Shown here: piece after piece, positions 38,541-50,438 of the stretch
How positions within the stretch are numbered: the first letter of the stretch is position 1
Layout of the letters: each line of letters starts with the position of its first letter
Virus record (IMG/VR): IMGVR_UViG_3300008050_008966
Location: 6,721-70,720 of that record
Strand: one strand, 5' to 3'
DNA length: 64,000 nt
Source: a virus
The notes under the pieces: generated by a model
The model's database searches: none
Seen by the model: the letters and a program-made list of their open reading frames with translations, nothing else
What the model was told of the DNA's origin: nothing
Translations under genes and position numbers: made by a program

Positions 38541-40189
38541 TGGGAATTAAAAGATATATAGCCGATAAAGATAATACAATAACAAATGCATTTGAACAAA
38601 ATTTGACTACCCGAGGCACCGGCTCAAACATGGGCGCCTCTGATGTTTTAGAAGTGTTTTCAATTTATGGACAATCATTTAACTCTTCTTCGGCCGACGG
38701 TCTTAACCAAACTCAAGAATTGTCTAGAATATTAGTACAATTTCCAGTTACTGACATTATAACAGATAGAACAAACAATAATATTCCAGCATCTGGAAAT
38801 GTTGATTTTTATTTACGCCTATACAACGCTAAACATGCTTCAACAGTTCCAAAAGCCATGACTTTGGTAGTTGTGCCGGCTTCTTCATCTTGGGAAGAAG
38901 GCATTGGATTGGATATGGAAAGTTATCTAGACTTGACAAAAGACAAAGAAGGATCAAACTGGATGATGCGCAGCGCTTCTACTGCCTGGGCAACAGTTGG
39001 TGGTACATACTTAACAGCATCAGCCAACAATGTTTATGGAGACAGAAGACAAACAACAAGCTTTGAAAAAGGAACAGAAGATCTAAAATTAGATATAACT
39101 GATGTTGTCGAGCGCTGGATCAAAGGAACAGTCGGCGCCGGCGGATTTCCAAATTATGGTTTAGGAATTCATTTAACAGGTACACAAGAGGCATATTATT
39201 CTAGTTCTGCCGGCGGTTTTGCAAATGGCTCTATAATTCAAAATGTTTCTGGCGCCACTCGTTCATATTACACAAAAAAGTTTTTTGCTCGAACAAGTGA
39301 GTTTTTCTTCAAAAGACCGCTAATCGAAGCGCGCTGGGATTCAACGAAACAAGACGATCGTGGAAATACTTTTTATAGCAGTTCGTTAGCTTCGGCTGCA
39401 AATAATTTAAATACAATTTATCTTTATAACTATATTGGCGGCCGTTTACAGAATATTCCTGGCTTAACAGACGCAACTTCTAAAATATATGTTCAAATAT
39501 TTTCAGGATCCTCTACTAACACCGCGCCTTCCGGATCAGCTATTACTCTGGTAACAACAACTGATTTTGTATCAACAGCTGTGCCAACCGTAGTTACAGG
39601 CGGATATGTTTCAACGGGAATATATTCAGCATCGTTTGCTTTAACGGCCGCGGCCACGCCATTGACAAAAATATTTGATGTGTGGTATTTAGACGGCACC
39701 AATAAGTTAGGTACTCAAATATTTACCGGCTCTATAAAGCCGAAAAGCCTGCAGGCATCAAATCAAAATGTTGGTAATAGCTACGTAGCTAATATCTCAA
39801 ATCTCAAGCCTTCTTACAGTAATGAAGAAAAGGTCAGGCTTAGGGTGATTACACGTCTTAAAAATTGGAATCCTACAATATATTCCAAAGCAACTGCCAA
39901 GGTTGAGAGTGCTAATATAAGTGATATGTATTACAAAGTTATTCGCGTTTTCGATGATTATAATATAATTTCATATGGAACGGGTGCAGTTGCTCCACAA
40001 AGTATTGGAAATGCTCAATCTTATACGCGTTTATCGTACGATGTTTCTGGATCTTATTTTGACGTCGATATGTCTTTATTGGAATCGGGATATATGTACG
40101 GCATAAAGCTGGCTTATTACCAAAATTTGGGATATAAAGAATTTAATCGAGTTTTCAACTTTAGGGTTGACAAAGATCAGGATAATTAA
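38540..40189 (+). CDS. putative baseplate/virion structural protein (549 aa)
   Basis: ADKDNTI, SRILVQF, YLRLYNA, SWEEG, LDITDVVERW suggest a beta-sandwich (DNRLRE-like); Ser/Thr/Gly rich; in the baseplate operon. Confidence 0.7.
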   Translation: MGIKRYIADKDNTITNAFEQNLTTRGTGSNMGASDVLEVFSIYGQSFNSSSADGLNQTQELSRILVQFPVTDIITDRTNNNIPASGNVDFYLRLYNAKHASTVPKAMTLVVVPASSSWEEGIGLDMESYLDLTKDKEGSNWMMRSASTAWATVGGTYLTASANNVYGDRRQTTSFEKGTEDLKLDITDVVERWIKGTVGAGGFPNYGLGIHLTGTQEAYYSSSAGGFANGSIIQNVSGATRSYYTKKFFARTSEFFFKRPLIEARWDSTKQDDRGNTFYSSSLASAANNLNTIYLYNYIGGRLQNIPGLTDATSKIYVQIFSGSSTNTAPSGSAITLVTTTDFVSTAVPTVVTGGYVSTGIYSASFALTAAATPLTKIFDVWYLDGTNKLGTQIFTGSIKPKSLQASNQNVGNSYVANISNLKPSYSNEEKVRLRVITRLKNWNPTIYSKATAKVESANISDMYYKVIRVFDDYNIISYGTGAVAPQSIGNAQSYTRLSYDVSGSYFDVDMSLLESGYMYGIKLAYYQNLGYKEFNRVFNFRVDKDQDN

Positions 40190-40198
40190 TTTTTTTAG

Positions 40199-43100
40199 AT
40201 GGATAAAGACTTCAAAAATATTGTGGTAGACCCGGCCGCTATGGCGGCAGCTGCAAAGTTTTTTGCTAAAAATAGTATTTTAAGCAGCAGCACAACGGCA
40301 TCTTTCACTAAAGATATAGAATCAGGCCACTTTCTTGAGGCATATAAACAGATGGAGGATCGATTTGTACCACAAATAGATTTTTCAACTGCTTCTAATT
40401 TTGCAAAGTTTGGATCTGCAACAAAATATTATGAAGATGCATATATTAGAATCTATAATCAATATCCGTATGATGGATCACAAAAAGAAAAAGTATTGTG
40501 GGATCTTTCGTCAACTTACATAGACAAATACATTTTTGAAAATGTATATCCGAGAACTAATGGATATATTACAATGGGGGCGGTTCAAACACCGAGCGCT
40601 GGTACCCATACTACGCCCGGTAGAGTATACAATTCTACCGATAAAGAATATATTTTCTTTAAGGGTGGTCCAAACGCCGACCCGCGAGAAGACTACAAAT
40701 CAGAAATAGTCCCAGGACAATCGATTAAAGGCTTGTCTAAGGCTAATGTATATAACACCGCAAGTTTTAGAGAATCTAATCTAAAAATAGATCTTTATTA
40801 TGGAAATACAGTAGAATTTTGGCTTAAGAAAAATCAATGGGTAGATTATCATTCTGATTTAACTGGTAGCGCACATGGAACTACTGAATATATTTTTGAT
40901 CTATGGAACAGCGCAAGTGTAGATAGTTCCGGATCCGGCGGTAACTATGGCAGATTTTCCATTTATATTAATAGCGCAGCAAAAGGAACAATGTATGCCT
41001 TGGTTCAATCCGGATCCGCAGCTGCTAAATATTGGCCCCCATCGCTCGGCGGCGAAGGCGGCTTTGATACTGGGCTGACTGATATTGCTGATGGCAGCTG
41101 GCACCATTATGCGTTGACAACACAGAATAGTGGTACATTTAATAAAACCAAATTTTATGTCGATGGTAAATTAACTAGCCAAAACAGTGCATCGAGTGCA
41201 GAAATTTCTGCGGTAAGCGGCGCTTACGTTGCAACAATCGGATCACAAGTTAGAAGGGCCGGCCTAGATTCAAATGGCGGATTAGGCTGGGGTAAAATCA
41301 GTGGCTCAATTGATGAATTTAGATTTTGGAAAACCGCCAGAAATGCTAAAGAAATTGGTCGTTTTTATATTGACCAAATAAATGGAGGTACCAATACTGA
41401 TGCTGCAAATACTAAACTGGGTGTTTATTATAAATTTAATGAAGGCATAACTCAAACCTCTTCCGCGGATGCAACAGTATTAGATTATTCTGGCAGGATT
41501 AGTAACGGTGCGTGGACGGGATATGATTCTAATACCGGACGTTCCACGGGATCAGCAATTGTTATATCTGGTAAGGCGACTAAAGAATTTAGAGATCCGA
41601 TTGTTTATCCGCTGCATCCGTTGGTTAAATCAACGTTGGCAGATTTAAAGATTAAGGGAGATATGCATGATTATACTAATTCAACTTCTTTAATCAACAG
41701 TCTTCCTTCTTGGATTGTTGAAGATGATCTTACCGACGGCCCGGGCGAATTACATAAATTAATTCAAATTTTATCCAGTTATTTAGATACTTTATATCTT
41801 CAGATAGAAGCGCTTCCAACAATTAAAAATATTGATTATGCCAGCAGCAGCGCGAAGCCTCATTTTTTCAACAACAGGCTGTTGGTTGATTACGGCTTTG
41901 ATGTCGACGAAATTTTAACAGATATTGATTTGTTCGCATATGCGAATACACGCGATGATGATCGCCTATTCGAACAAAAATTATACAATATAAAAAATCA
42001 AATTTATAAAAATATATATAATAACTTAATTCACATCTATAAGACAAAGGGCACAGAAAAATCATTTAATAATTTGATGCGAGCCATTGGCATTGATCAA
42101 GAATTGGTGCGCCTCAACATGTATGGTTTGGGCATTAACTGGAGAGCACAAACAAATACAAGGATGATTTCGTCGAAATCTAAATGCATTGATTATTATA
42201 ATAATAATTCAGCTACCGTATATGGGTGGAGTGGCTCTGCGCCGGCATCTAATAGTTATATTTCTGGAAGTAATGACGTATCTTCGGGTATTGATAAATA
42301 TGCCCCTATAACAGTAGAAAGTGAGATTATATTTCCAAAATATTTACCTCTCGATAGTCCTCATTATAAGGAATATGCATATCATACTTCATCGCTTTTT
42401 GGCATGCATTCCGCCAGATCTGCAGCTACGTCTCCTGCTGCCTCTTCAGCGACAGATATGACTTGGGCTTCTGGAGATTCAGGCTCATTTCAGGTCTTTG
42501 CTATTCGAAAACAACTTCAGGTTTTGGATGAAGATCCAGAAGTATATTTTATGCTTACTGGTAGCGCATTTGGAGCTGTAACATCTTCTGTTTTTAAGAA
42601 TGTTTATGATAATTCCAAATGGAATTTTGCAGTTCGTCTTAAACACAAAGATTATCCGCAAGCTGATTTTGTTAGCGGCTCTACTGAAGTTGTCCAAGCA
42701 ACAGCAGAACTTTATGGTGTACAAACTATTATGGATTCTATCCAAAATGAATTTGTTATAACAGCATCTTTTTCTTCTACTGCTGGAAATAGATTGTTTG
42801 CCGCACCCAAAAGAGTATACTGTGGTTCACACTATACAAACTTTACTGGCGCCCTACTACAGAGATCCGACGTTTTTGTATCACATTTGAGATTCTGGGA
42901 GACATATTTAAATAATGATGTTATGAGGGCACATTCTAAATTTGATAGCTCTTATGGAACAGACTTCCCCTATAGAAATACATATTTATTTGAAGGTAAG
43001 AAAACAACCGGTTTAGCAAAAAGCGAAATGCCACGAATGTCTTCATTGGTTTTAAATTGGGATTTTGTCCAAGTCACGGCCAGTGACGCGTCGGGCCGCT

Positions 43101-46100
43101 TTGCAGTATCAGATTTTTCTAGTGGTTCTAATAGTTTAGCAGATTATAAACTTTCTAACATTGTACAAAGACAACATCTTGCTCGCGGAGATTTCTTTAC
43201 GGCGGATTCATCAGATGTCGTTGAGCGAAAATATTTTCCTTCTTCAAAGTTGGTGCCGTTTGATCAAATTAATTCATCAGATATGGTCAATATTGTTGAT
43301 TTTGAAGAAGAAATTTTTACTAGAGAATCTAGACCAATTGAATACTTCTTTTCATTTGAGAAGAGTATGTATGCAAATATTTCTGATGAGATACTTAATT
43401 TGTTTGCAACGATTAAAGATTTTCACAATTTAATTGGAAATCCAGTTAATAGATATCGAAAAAGCTATAAAGAAATGGAAAAGATTCGAGAAGTCTTTTT
43501 TAGAAGAATTGGAAATACGCCAGATTTAGATAAATTTATTCGATATTATAAATGGATTGATGGATCGATATCGGATATGTTAATGAATTTGGCTCCTGCA
43601 ACAGCTAATTTCCCCAATCGTGTTTATACAGTAATCGAAAGTCATGTTCTAGAGCGAAACAAAATAGAAACAAAATATCCAGTATTGGAATTAAATCAAC
43701 CGGAGCCCGATAGTCATATTAAGGCAATTAATGAATTGTTATATAATTGGAAACACGGGCATTTCCCCAATTCAGGCCTTCAAGCAGATAATTGCTTATA
43801 TTGGAAAGATCGCGCCGAAAGAACTGGCAGCGTTATAACCTCTGGTGATTCCGCGGTCGACAGCCAAAGACAAACTATCAAGCGTTTTGCAAACTCTGTT
43901 GTATCTGGATCAACATACGTTTTAAGAAAACTTACACGACCATATCGATTTGCTGTTGACCGATCAGAAGACTTTAAGATTGATAACATCAAATTAAATT
44001 TTGCAAAAACAGAATTAGATCGAAGCAACAGAACTGAAAATATCGTTCTTCAAAACATAGAACCTTATAAAGATTGTAATGATGATAAGGCTTTGATATC
44101 TAAAAGAAAAGTAGATTTTCAAGCAAATGTCAATGGCCGATTCTTAAAAGGAAGAACAGTTGCTCCATTCACGATATTTTCATCTTCGGTTAGCACTGGG
44201 TATAAATCACAATTAAGTACTTTTGGAGATGAGGTTGCTATTAATGATAATCATCGCGATGTTTATGGCGCCGAAACACAAGAACCCATTCAGGGCCCGT
44301 TTAGCAAAATTCATGTTGGAGGCAAAAAATCAAGAAAAGTTGCCCCATTCACAACAACTGATCGTATCGAAGAATATGATTTAACTGTTAATTCTTCAAA
44401 CTTAACTCTGTCTCAACGCGCCCACGCAGATGCAAAATCAAAATATTTCTTAGATGAAATAGCAAAGCGTCCGGTCGTCATAAAAAATATCAAAACCAGT
44501 ACGAGTTCTTTGTATTTGGGAAACTATACCAAAGAATATCAAATGGTTCAAACAGTCGGGGCTAATACACAAAAAGGGTGGCTTAAAGATAATTTCGCCA
44601 ACTTTACACAGACAACGCCAGAAGTATTAAATCTTACTGGGAATCTTAATTTCAATATGTACGCCAGAACTGGATCTTCATTGCAAAGTGTCACCATCGC
44701 TGATCGTTTTTCTGGTCCAGGATCCCCAGAGGCAATGTCTCCAGGCTATCTTGATCCCGCCTCAAATACTTTTTCTGTCTATAACAGTATAAATTACCGC
44801 AATATAACCGTTCGCTTACCGAGAACCAACATACAGCGAACTGGCTCTTCCGGAGTGCAGCCAGCATCGCAATATCAATTTAGACCATTTGGCGGAAATC
44901 CGAATCAATCACTTCGAACTTTGAGAACGACAGTTCCTTTAAATTCACTTTGGCGTAATTTTATGGCCCCCGGCCAGGGCGCAGGCCTCGACGGCCGTCT
45001 GACACCACAGGGTTCTTTCGATGTTACTGCCTCTATTCATAAAGTCAATCGTAATATTATCCACAGAGCTAGCTCTTATATTTGGTCTGGTGTTCAAATT
45101 GCTATCAATGATTACCTTTTTGATAATGGATTTGTTCAACACGCCATACCACAAAGTGACAGACAATATGCTTGGATCACAGCTTCATTAAGTAGAAGTT
45201 TTGCTGGGCCATGGATAAACGTAAATGCATATGCGGGCGGCTATGGAGGCCGACTCACGGCGCCCTTGGGCTATTCTACCAAGAAAAATGATATAACTTT
45301 TGTTAGCGCGAGTGATTTTGGGACTTTTTATAGCGGCTTCCTCGGCGGCCGCATATTTGGAACTACAACAAAATTCGCCGCCGGCGCCGGCGCAACGCTA
45401 CTTCGTACTGATTTTGTTGGTCTTAATTCCAATATATATGAGCCGTTAACGGCAAGTACAAATTTATTGGGGTACCCGCCCGGGGAAACTGGGTATAAAA
45501 ATGCGGCGACATCCTGGCGATATAAAGGCACCAGTCCCCAAGGTGCCGTTCTCACCGGCCTCGGCGCCGGCGATGCTCTTCTAAACGGAATTATTCTCAA
45601 CCGCCAAGGCCCCTACGGTTGGCCATCTTGGAAACAGATTCGAGGCGGGAATCATCCGATCATGAGAGATCATAGGTCGACGAATACTTATAGCACAATT
45701 GACAGAGAATTTCCGATCGCCTCGTTATACGGAACTAACAAATATATCCGCGGCAACACCATAGCAAACTTTACGGAATCAGTTGTTACGAGCAAATTCA
45801 GGCCCATTTATATGTCTGTCGTGGCAAATAATTATTTACAAGGCTTGGAGCCTGAAGGTGCCGAAGGAATTCCCCCCTTGACAAGCCAAAAGGATTTTAA
45901 GTTTACATATGGCAATAGTATGGGATATTTTGCTAATGAAGAAATATTTCCCAAGATTACTTTAACATCGGGTGATTATGCCAGCATGTATGATGCACGC
46001 CGAACGCCACCAGAAGTTTATAATTCTATAACAAAGCTTTATCTTCCCAATAAATTAAAAATACTTAGCCCGGTTAAAGGCTTCAATTATTTAAAGATGA

Positions 46101-49100
46101 AAGAAGTTGTTTGGCCTCGCGAGAAAAACACTTTCTTGAATAGAACAAGAGCAAGAAATAATTATTCAGAAAGTTCTGGGCTTGGCTCAAATGGATATGA
46201 TCGAATTTCACATAGAACATTCTGGAGAGATAATCTTTCCGATCGTCTAGCAAGAACAAATGGGCAGGCCTTAAATTCTCAAGGAAGCATAATTTCAATA
46301 GGCCCTAGGTATCCCCGTGGCTGCGGCACCGTGAGAAGTGAGGGCGCAGCCGGCTGGCTGTCAGTCTGGCCGCTCGATGGCCGCTACACCGGTTCTATTA
46401 ATACACTGACTGCATTAGGCAACCAATGCACCTCGGGCAAAGGCTATTCGACCATCAACCCCGGCCTAGGCGCCACCCACCTAGAACTTGCGGCATCAGG
46501 CAATTGCGGTGCGCTTTATAACGGTGGGCTATATCGATCAAATAGGTTTGCTAGTGTTTTATGGTATAATTTGAATCGTTTTGTTACTGCTTCTTGTAGA
46601 TATCATGGTGTAGATTGGAATATGGGCGCTTTTAGTGGTACTCATGACACCACCTGGAACGGATCATCATTTCCTGTATTCTATCCACAATTGATACAGT
46701 TTACAGCATCTTCAAATATTCACTGGACAACAAATATCGATTCTGGTAGAAATCCTTGGTATGACTCTTATGAAGATTATTGTGCTGATTTAAGTAAAAT
46801 TGGAAAAGACTATTCTATAGTTCCAGAATTCAATATATCTGATTATGTGCCTTATTATGTCTCACGTAGTGACTGGGTGGCATCCCTGCCTAGTGACAGA
46901 TTGATGATCCAAGGTATTCAAAATTCTGCCAGCGTCAACAAACAATTTTACGATGAATATTCACATTCAGACTTCCTACAGAATTTTGATATTGTTATAA
47001 ATGACCACTCAAAGCTCGCAGATATTAAAAAAATTGATATGGTTTGTTATGGCCTTAAAAAACTTTTGCCTTATAATGGCTTTTACCCTGTTTTACGTAC
47101 ATTGCAAATGGCAACGTTGCTATCACAATCTTATGGTTCAAAAATTTCTGGCGCCGGCAGCACGGCCGACGAAGATGGGGGGGTATCAAGCTTTCCCTCA
47201 TTACAAGAAGTACAAGCTATGTCGGCATTTGTGCAACCATTTTTTGCACCTGGCATCATGTATAATACTATTAAATCTGGCATTGCAGTCGATTGGCCAT
47301 TATTTACCGGTACGCCTCCGAAAACGACCACCGGCGTCGCAGCGGCCATTGTATGGAAACGAAATCTAAGCTCATCAGCTAATTTTAGGCTACCTTTCGA
47401 AGCTCTATACGATGTACAAAATATGCCAATTGGCTCAGCAACTAGCCATGCGGGCGAAGTCCCAATATACGCTGTTACCAATGATCCTAACGTTGGTGCA
47501 CATTTTAAATGGTCTGGCGAAAAAAATAATGATCTTTACATACGTGCTATGAATAATTTTTTGGCCGAGACTGTAAACCTTTTTATTCACAAAGGCGAAT
47601 TAACCTCTTTCACTTCAAGGCCGATGAAAGAGGTTAATTTTTCTGAGGGGGTGACATATGCTATGTCAATTGATCTTGAAAAATCAGCTGATTTTCTAAT
47701 GACTGAGGGCGCCTCTGCAGATTCTGTTGTAGCCAGCGATTTGTTCAAAGGCAAGCTTGCGGCTTCGCGCTCATACGGTTTTCAGGGTACTTCGCATAGG
47801 GGAGTTATATATGGCCCCCCAACGAGATTTTTCAAGGTCACTGCCTCCGGCGCCGGCGGACTGTATGGGGTACTAGCATATGATGGGTGGGGCTATTGCG
47901 AGGCTAACGATCCGGCATACGCTCCATATACTCCACCATATTTTTATGGAAAATCTACGGTTAACTTGTCGTACAAAAACACAGTCGACGATACTCCGAC
48001 GCCATCATTAGCAACAATTCTTAATAATATTACAGCTTCTTATTCGAATGATTTAAGTAATATACCTACCGGCTCACATTATACTTCATCTACATCCGGA
48101 GCCCCATGGCGAACTATGATTAGTTCTTCACAGCCGGCTATTCAATCAATGATGCAAATTTCATCTTCATTGAATTTATTCGGGAGAAAAAATGAAATGT
48201 TGCAACAAGTTGGACCGGATGGTCAGTTGATAAACATGAGTGATCCGGAAGACCCATCAAGCTACGAGCGCTGGGTTATTTCAACCAAATTTGAATGCCC
48301 TGTTTTGAATTTTAATCATTATACGGATGACACAAAGGCAAGAGGAATGTGGAATGGTTATGGAAATATTCCAAATTATTCATCTGAGGGGATTAGTATT
48401 ACCCTAAGAGAGACAGACCCCTCAGTATTATTTGGCGCCGCCCACAATATAACAACTGGCTCATTATTGGAACAATTGTTCAAACAGGGTGGTTCTTCGA
48501 ATAGAAAGCCTGTTGGACAATTACCAAATGATTATGAAAAATCAATTTCTGAATGTATTGTAGCAATACCATTTTTTGCCGGCGGCGGTGGCCCTGATAA
48601 TAATGCTATTGCACAAGATTTTAATTGTGTATATTCAGAAGATGATGATAAACATTTTTTCAGGGCCGCCCACTCTCCGCAACATGCTGGCGACCCCGGG
48701 GCTGAAAAGCCATCATTAAAGAACTTAAGAGAAAAGATGAAGAAATTTGTTTTTCCACCAAAATATGATTTCGAGAATAGTGAAACCCTTTTACCTCCAT
48801 TCGTGATGTATACGTTCGAGTTTACACATCGATTTACACGGCAGGAGTTAGCAAATATTTGGCAGGGCGTTATGCCCGATATATCGATGAAAGTGGTACC
48901 AGAAACCTCTACACTAAGTATACCGGTTGAACCCGGCGAATTAATGAGTGAATTTTGGTCTAAAATTTCAGATTGGAACACTTCCAGGACTCTTGTCACA
49001 GATTCTTTGAAGCAGCTGCGATGGATGATCTTCAAAGTGAAGCAGAGGGCAAAAAATGTTTATTCTAATATTACTGCAGATATAACAGATAGTCCAAATC

Positions 49101-49372
49101 CTTATGAAAAGACACCAGATCATGATTATAGCTATAATTGGCCCTATGATTATTGTTCACTCGTAGAGTTAGCAAAAATAGAGGCCGGCCTTTTATTAGA
49201 TATCCCAGAATTGCCATATTCAGATTCAACTCCTGGATCCGACGGCGGCAACGGCAACGGAGGTAACGGAGGTGGCAACGGAGGAGGTGGAGGTCACGGT
49301 AACGGAAATGGCGATCCCGCGGGTCAAGTGGGGTCTCAAACGTACACACCCCCGGCAGGCATAGGAGGTTAA
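40199..49372 (+). CDS. giant (3057 aa) baseplate/tail protein with LamG (concanavalin A-like) domains
   Basis: TVEFWLK, GSWHHYALT, GSIDEFRFWKTAR, YYKFNEG, LDYSG (LamG); IYKTKGT as in wedge/gpI-type proteins; Gly/Asn tail. Confidence 0.8.
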   Translation: MDKDFKNIVVDPAAMAAAAKFFAKNSILSSSTTASFTKDIESGHFLEAYKQMEDRFVPQIDFSTASNFAKFGSATKYYEDAYIRIYNQYPYDGSQKEKVLWDLSSTYIDKYIFENVYPRTNGYITMGAVQTPSAGTHTTPGRVYNSTDKEYIFFKGGPNADPREDYKSEIVPGQSIKGLSKANVYNTASFRESNLKIDLYYGNTVEFWLKKNQWVDYHSDLTGSAHGTTEYIFDLWNSASVDSSGSGGNYGRFSIYINSAAKGTMYALVQSGSAAAKYWPPSLGGEGGFDTGLTDIADGSWHHYALTTQNSGTFNKTKFYVDGKLTSQNSASSAEISAVSGAYVATIGSQVRRAGLDSNGGLGWGKISGSIDEFRFWKTARNAKEIGRFYIDQINGGTNTDAANTKLGVYYKFNEGITQTSSADATVLDYSGRISNGAWTGYDSNTGRSTGSAIVISGKATKEFRDPIVYPLHPLVKSTLADLKIKGDMHDYTNSTSLINSLPSWIVEDDLTDGPGELHKLIQILSSYLDTLYLQIEALPTIKNIDYASSSAKPHFFNNRLLVDYGFDVDEILTDIDLFAYANTRDDDRLFEQKLYNIKNQIYKNIYNNLIHIYKTKGTEKSFNNLMRAIGIDQELVRLNMYGLGINWRAQTNTRMISSKSKCIDYYNNNSATVYGWSGSAPASNSYISGSNDVSSGIDKYAPITVESEIIFPKYLPLDSPHYKEYAYHTSSLFGMHSARSAATSPAASSATDMTWASGDSGSFQVFAIRKQLQVLDEDPEVYFMLTGSAFGAVTSSVFKNVYDNSKWNFAVRLKHKDYPQADFVSGSTEVVQATAELYGVQTIMDSIQNEFVITASFSSTAGNRLFAAPKRVYCGSHYTNFTGALLQRSDVFVSHLRFWETYLNNDVMRAHSKFDSSYGTDFPYRNTYLFEGKKTTGLAKSEMPRMSSLVLNWDFVQVTASDASGRFAVSDFSSGSNSLADYKLSNIVQRQHLARGDFFTADSSDVVERKYFPSSKLVPFDQINSSDMVNIVDFEEEIFTRESRPIEYFFSFEKSMYANISDEILNLFATIKDFHNLIGNPVNRYRKSYKEMEKIREVFFRRIGNTPDLDKFIRYYKWIDGSISDMLMNLAPATANFPNRVYTVIESHVLERNKIETKYPVLELNQPEPDSHIKAINELLYNWKHGHFPNSGLQADNCLYWKDRAERTGSVITSGDSAVDSQRQTIKRFANSVVSGSTYVLRKLTRPYRFAVDRSEDFKIDNIKLNFAKTELDRSNRTENIVLQNIEPYKDCNDDKALISKRKVDFQANVNGRFLKGRTVAPFTIFSSSVSTGYKSQLSTFGDEVAINDNHRDVYGAETQEPIQGPFSKIHVGGKKSRKVAPFTTTDRIEEYDLTVNSSNLTLSQRAHADAKSKYFLDEIAKRPVVIKNIKTSTSSLYLGNYTKEYQMVQTVGANTQKGWLKDNFANFTQTTPEVLNLTGNLNFNMYARTGSSLQSVTIADRFSGPGSPEAMSPGYLDPASNTFSVYNSINYRNITVRLPRTNIQRTGSSGVQPASQYQFRPFGGNPNQSLRTLRTTVPLNSLWRNFMAPGQGAGLDGRLTPQGSFDVTASIHKVNRNIIHRASSYIWSGVQIAINDYLFDNGFVQHAIPQSDRQYAWITASLSRSFAGPWINVNAYAGGYGGRLTAPLGYSTKKNDITFVSASDFGTFYSGFLGGRIFGTTTKFAAGAGATLLRTDFVGLNSNIYEPLTASTNLLGYPPGETGYKNAATSWRYKGTSPQGAVLTGLGAGDALLNGIILNRQGPYGWPSWKQIRGGNHPIMRDHRSTNTYSTIDREFPIASLYGTNKYIRGNTIANFTESVVTSKFRPIYMSVVANNYLQGLEPEGAEGIPPLTSQKDFKFTYGNSMGYFANEEIFPKITLTSGDYASMYDARRTPPEVYNSITKLYLPNKLKILSPVKGFNYLKMKEVVWPREKNTFLNRTRARNNYSESSGLGSNGYDRISHRTFWRDNLSDRLARTNGQALNSQGSIISIGPRYPRGCGTVRSEGAAGWLSVWPLDGRYTGSINTLTALGNQCTSGKGYSTINPGLGATHLELAASGNCGALYNGGLYRSNRFASVLWYNLNRFVTASCRYHGVDWNMGAFSGTHDTTWNGSSFPVFYPQLIQFTASSNIHWTTNIDSGRNPWYDSYEDYCADLSKIGKDYSIVPEFNISDYVPYYVSRSDWVASLPSDRLMIQGIQNSASVNKQFYDEYSHSDFLQNFDIVINDHSKLADIKKIDMVCYGLKKLLPYNGFYPVLRTLQMATLLSQSYGSKISGAGSTADEDGGVSSFPSLQEVQAMSAFVQPFFAPGIMYNTIKSGIAVDWPLFTGTPPKTTTGVAAAIVWKRNLSSSANFRLPFEALYDVQNMPIGSATSHAGEVPIYAVTNDPNVGAHFKWSGEKNNDLYIRAMNNFLAETVNLFIHKGELTSFTSRPMKEVNFSEGVTYAMSIDLEKSADFLMTEGASADSVVASDLFKGKLAASRSYGFQGTSHRGVIYGPPTRFFKVTASGAGGLYGVLAYDGWGYCEANDPAYAPYTPPYFYGKSTVNLSYKNTVDDTPTPSLATILNNITASYSNDLSNIPTGSHYTSSTSGAPWRTMISSSQPAIQSMMQISSSLNLFGRKNEMLQQVGPDGQLINMSDPEDPSSYERWVISTKFECPVLNFNHYTDDTKARGMWNGYGNIPNYSSEGISITLRETDPSVLFGAAHNITTGSLLEQLFKQGGSSNRKPVGQLPNDYEKSISECIVAIPFFAGGGGPDNNAIAQDFNCVYSEDDDKHFFRAAHSPQHAGDPGAEKPSLKNLREKMKKFVFPPKYDFENSETLLPPFVMYTFEFTHRFTRQELANIWQGVMPDISMKVVPETSTLSIPVEPGELMSEFWSKISDWNTSRTLVTDSLKQLRWMIFKVKQRAKNVYSNITADITDSPNPYEKTPDHDYSYNWPYDYCSLVELAKIEAGLLLDIPELPYSDSTPGSDGGNGNGGNGGGNGGGGGHGNGNGDPAGQVGSQTYTPPAGIGG
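49244..49312 (+). repeat. GGN/AAC low-complexity coding repeat
   Basis: ggcggcaacggcaacggaggtaacggaggtggcaacgg..., encoding GGNGNGGNGGGNGGGGGHGNGNG. Confidence 0.8.
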
Positions 49373-49373
49373 A

Positions 49374-50438
49374 ATGGAATTTTTTGATAGAAAACAAGAA
49401 GTATTCGATATCCAAATTACTCCGCTAGGCAAACGTTTGTTGCAGATGGGGCAATTTCAGCCAACATACTATGCATTCTATGATCATGATATATTGTATG
49501 GATCCATATATGCCGGCCTTTCAGAGCAACAAAGCGATATAGAATCGCGAATACAAGCAACGCCGCGACTGAAACAGCAAGTTTATTTATATTCTGCCGA
49601 AGAGAAAATTAATAAAAATACAGCAGATACATATGGAGTTGATTTTGCTACGCTTAATGAGAATCTTTTTCAAAATCCAAGCTTAGAGGGGTATCAAAAA
49701 TTAACTGAAGAATACGCACCTGAATCACTTGAAACAAAACAATATGAATTAGAAAAATTTGGCCCCCTGGGCGATATGGCTTATACAACCAATTATTCTC
49801 CTGCTTGGAATATTGATTTTTATGCAGCTCCATTAACTGGATCGATCGTAACGCTAACTGGAAGCTTCAACCAGAATATTCCACGCTTGCGCTGTGATGT
49901 ACAATATAAAATACGAATTTTAGAATTATCTGATATCCCGGGATTTTTATCTGAAATGGAGGACGATCCCGACGCACTTGAAGAAATATCAGATGCCTTG
50001 ATTGGTCATAATTATAATCTTTCTGAAGATGAGTTGAGCAGTTTTGCATCGCCAATAACAGAAGATGGCTCTTATCTGGTAACAATAGAAGATCAATTAT
50101 TCTTAAAAGTATTAGAAAATAATACAGATTTTTTGAAGGACAACGTTGATATTGAAATATATCGACTTTTTGGTGATGGAGAAGAAAAAAGATTATATTT
50201 TTCCGCCGCAGGAGAAGATAGGTCAGAAGATCCAGAATTTGTAGATTATTATTTTGATATTATGGCAGATTCTGAAATTCCAGATACCTATTATTGCAGG
50301 GCAGTGAAGGAAGATAAGTTGGTGACAGCATATACAGATAAATTTATATTTGATTGTCAAGATTCAATGGTCGGAGATGCAACAGCACAACAAATTTATG
50401 ATATTCCTGACAATGAAGACACGGAGCTTTGTGAATAA
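49374..50438 (+). CDS. putative virion structural protein, N-terminus paralogous to 57598..58605
   Basis: GGAGGT SD; FFDRKQEVFDIQITPLGKRLLQMGQF..YYAFYDHDILY. Confidence 0.7.
   Translation: MEFFDRKQEVFDIQITPLGKRLLQMGQFQPTYYAFYDHDILYGSIYAGLSEQQSDIESRIQATPRLKQQVYLYSAEEKINKNTADTYGVDFATLNENLFQNPSLEGYQKLTEEYAPESLETKQYELEKFGPLGDMAYTTNYSPAWNIDFYAAPLTGSIVTLTGSFNQNIPRLRCDVQYKIRILELSDIPGFLSEMEDDPDALEEISDALIGHNYNLSEDELSSFASPITEDGSYLVTIEDQLFLKVLENNTDFLKDNVDIEIYRLFGDGEEKRLYFSAAGEDRSEDPEFVDYYFDIMADSEIPDTYYCRAVKEDKLVTAYTDKFIFDCQDSMVGDATAQQIYDIPDNEDTELCE

Noticed and set aside
27895-49372. Inteins, introns or stop-codon reassignment in the giant ORFs
   Set aside because: No intein splice or homing endonuclease motifs were recognised, and genes tile cleanly under the standard code with TAA, TAG and TGA all used as stops.
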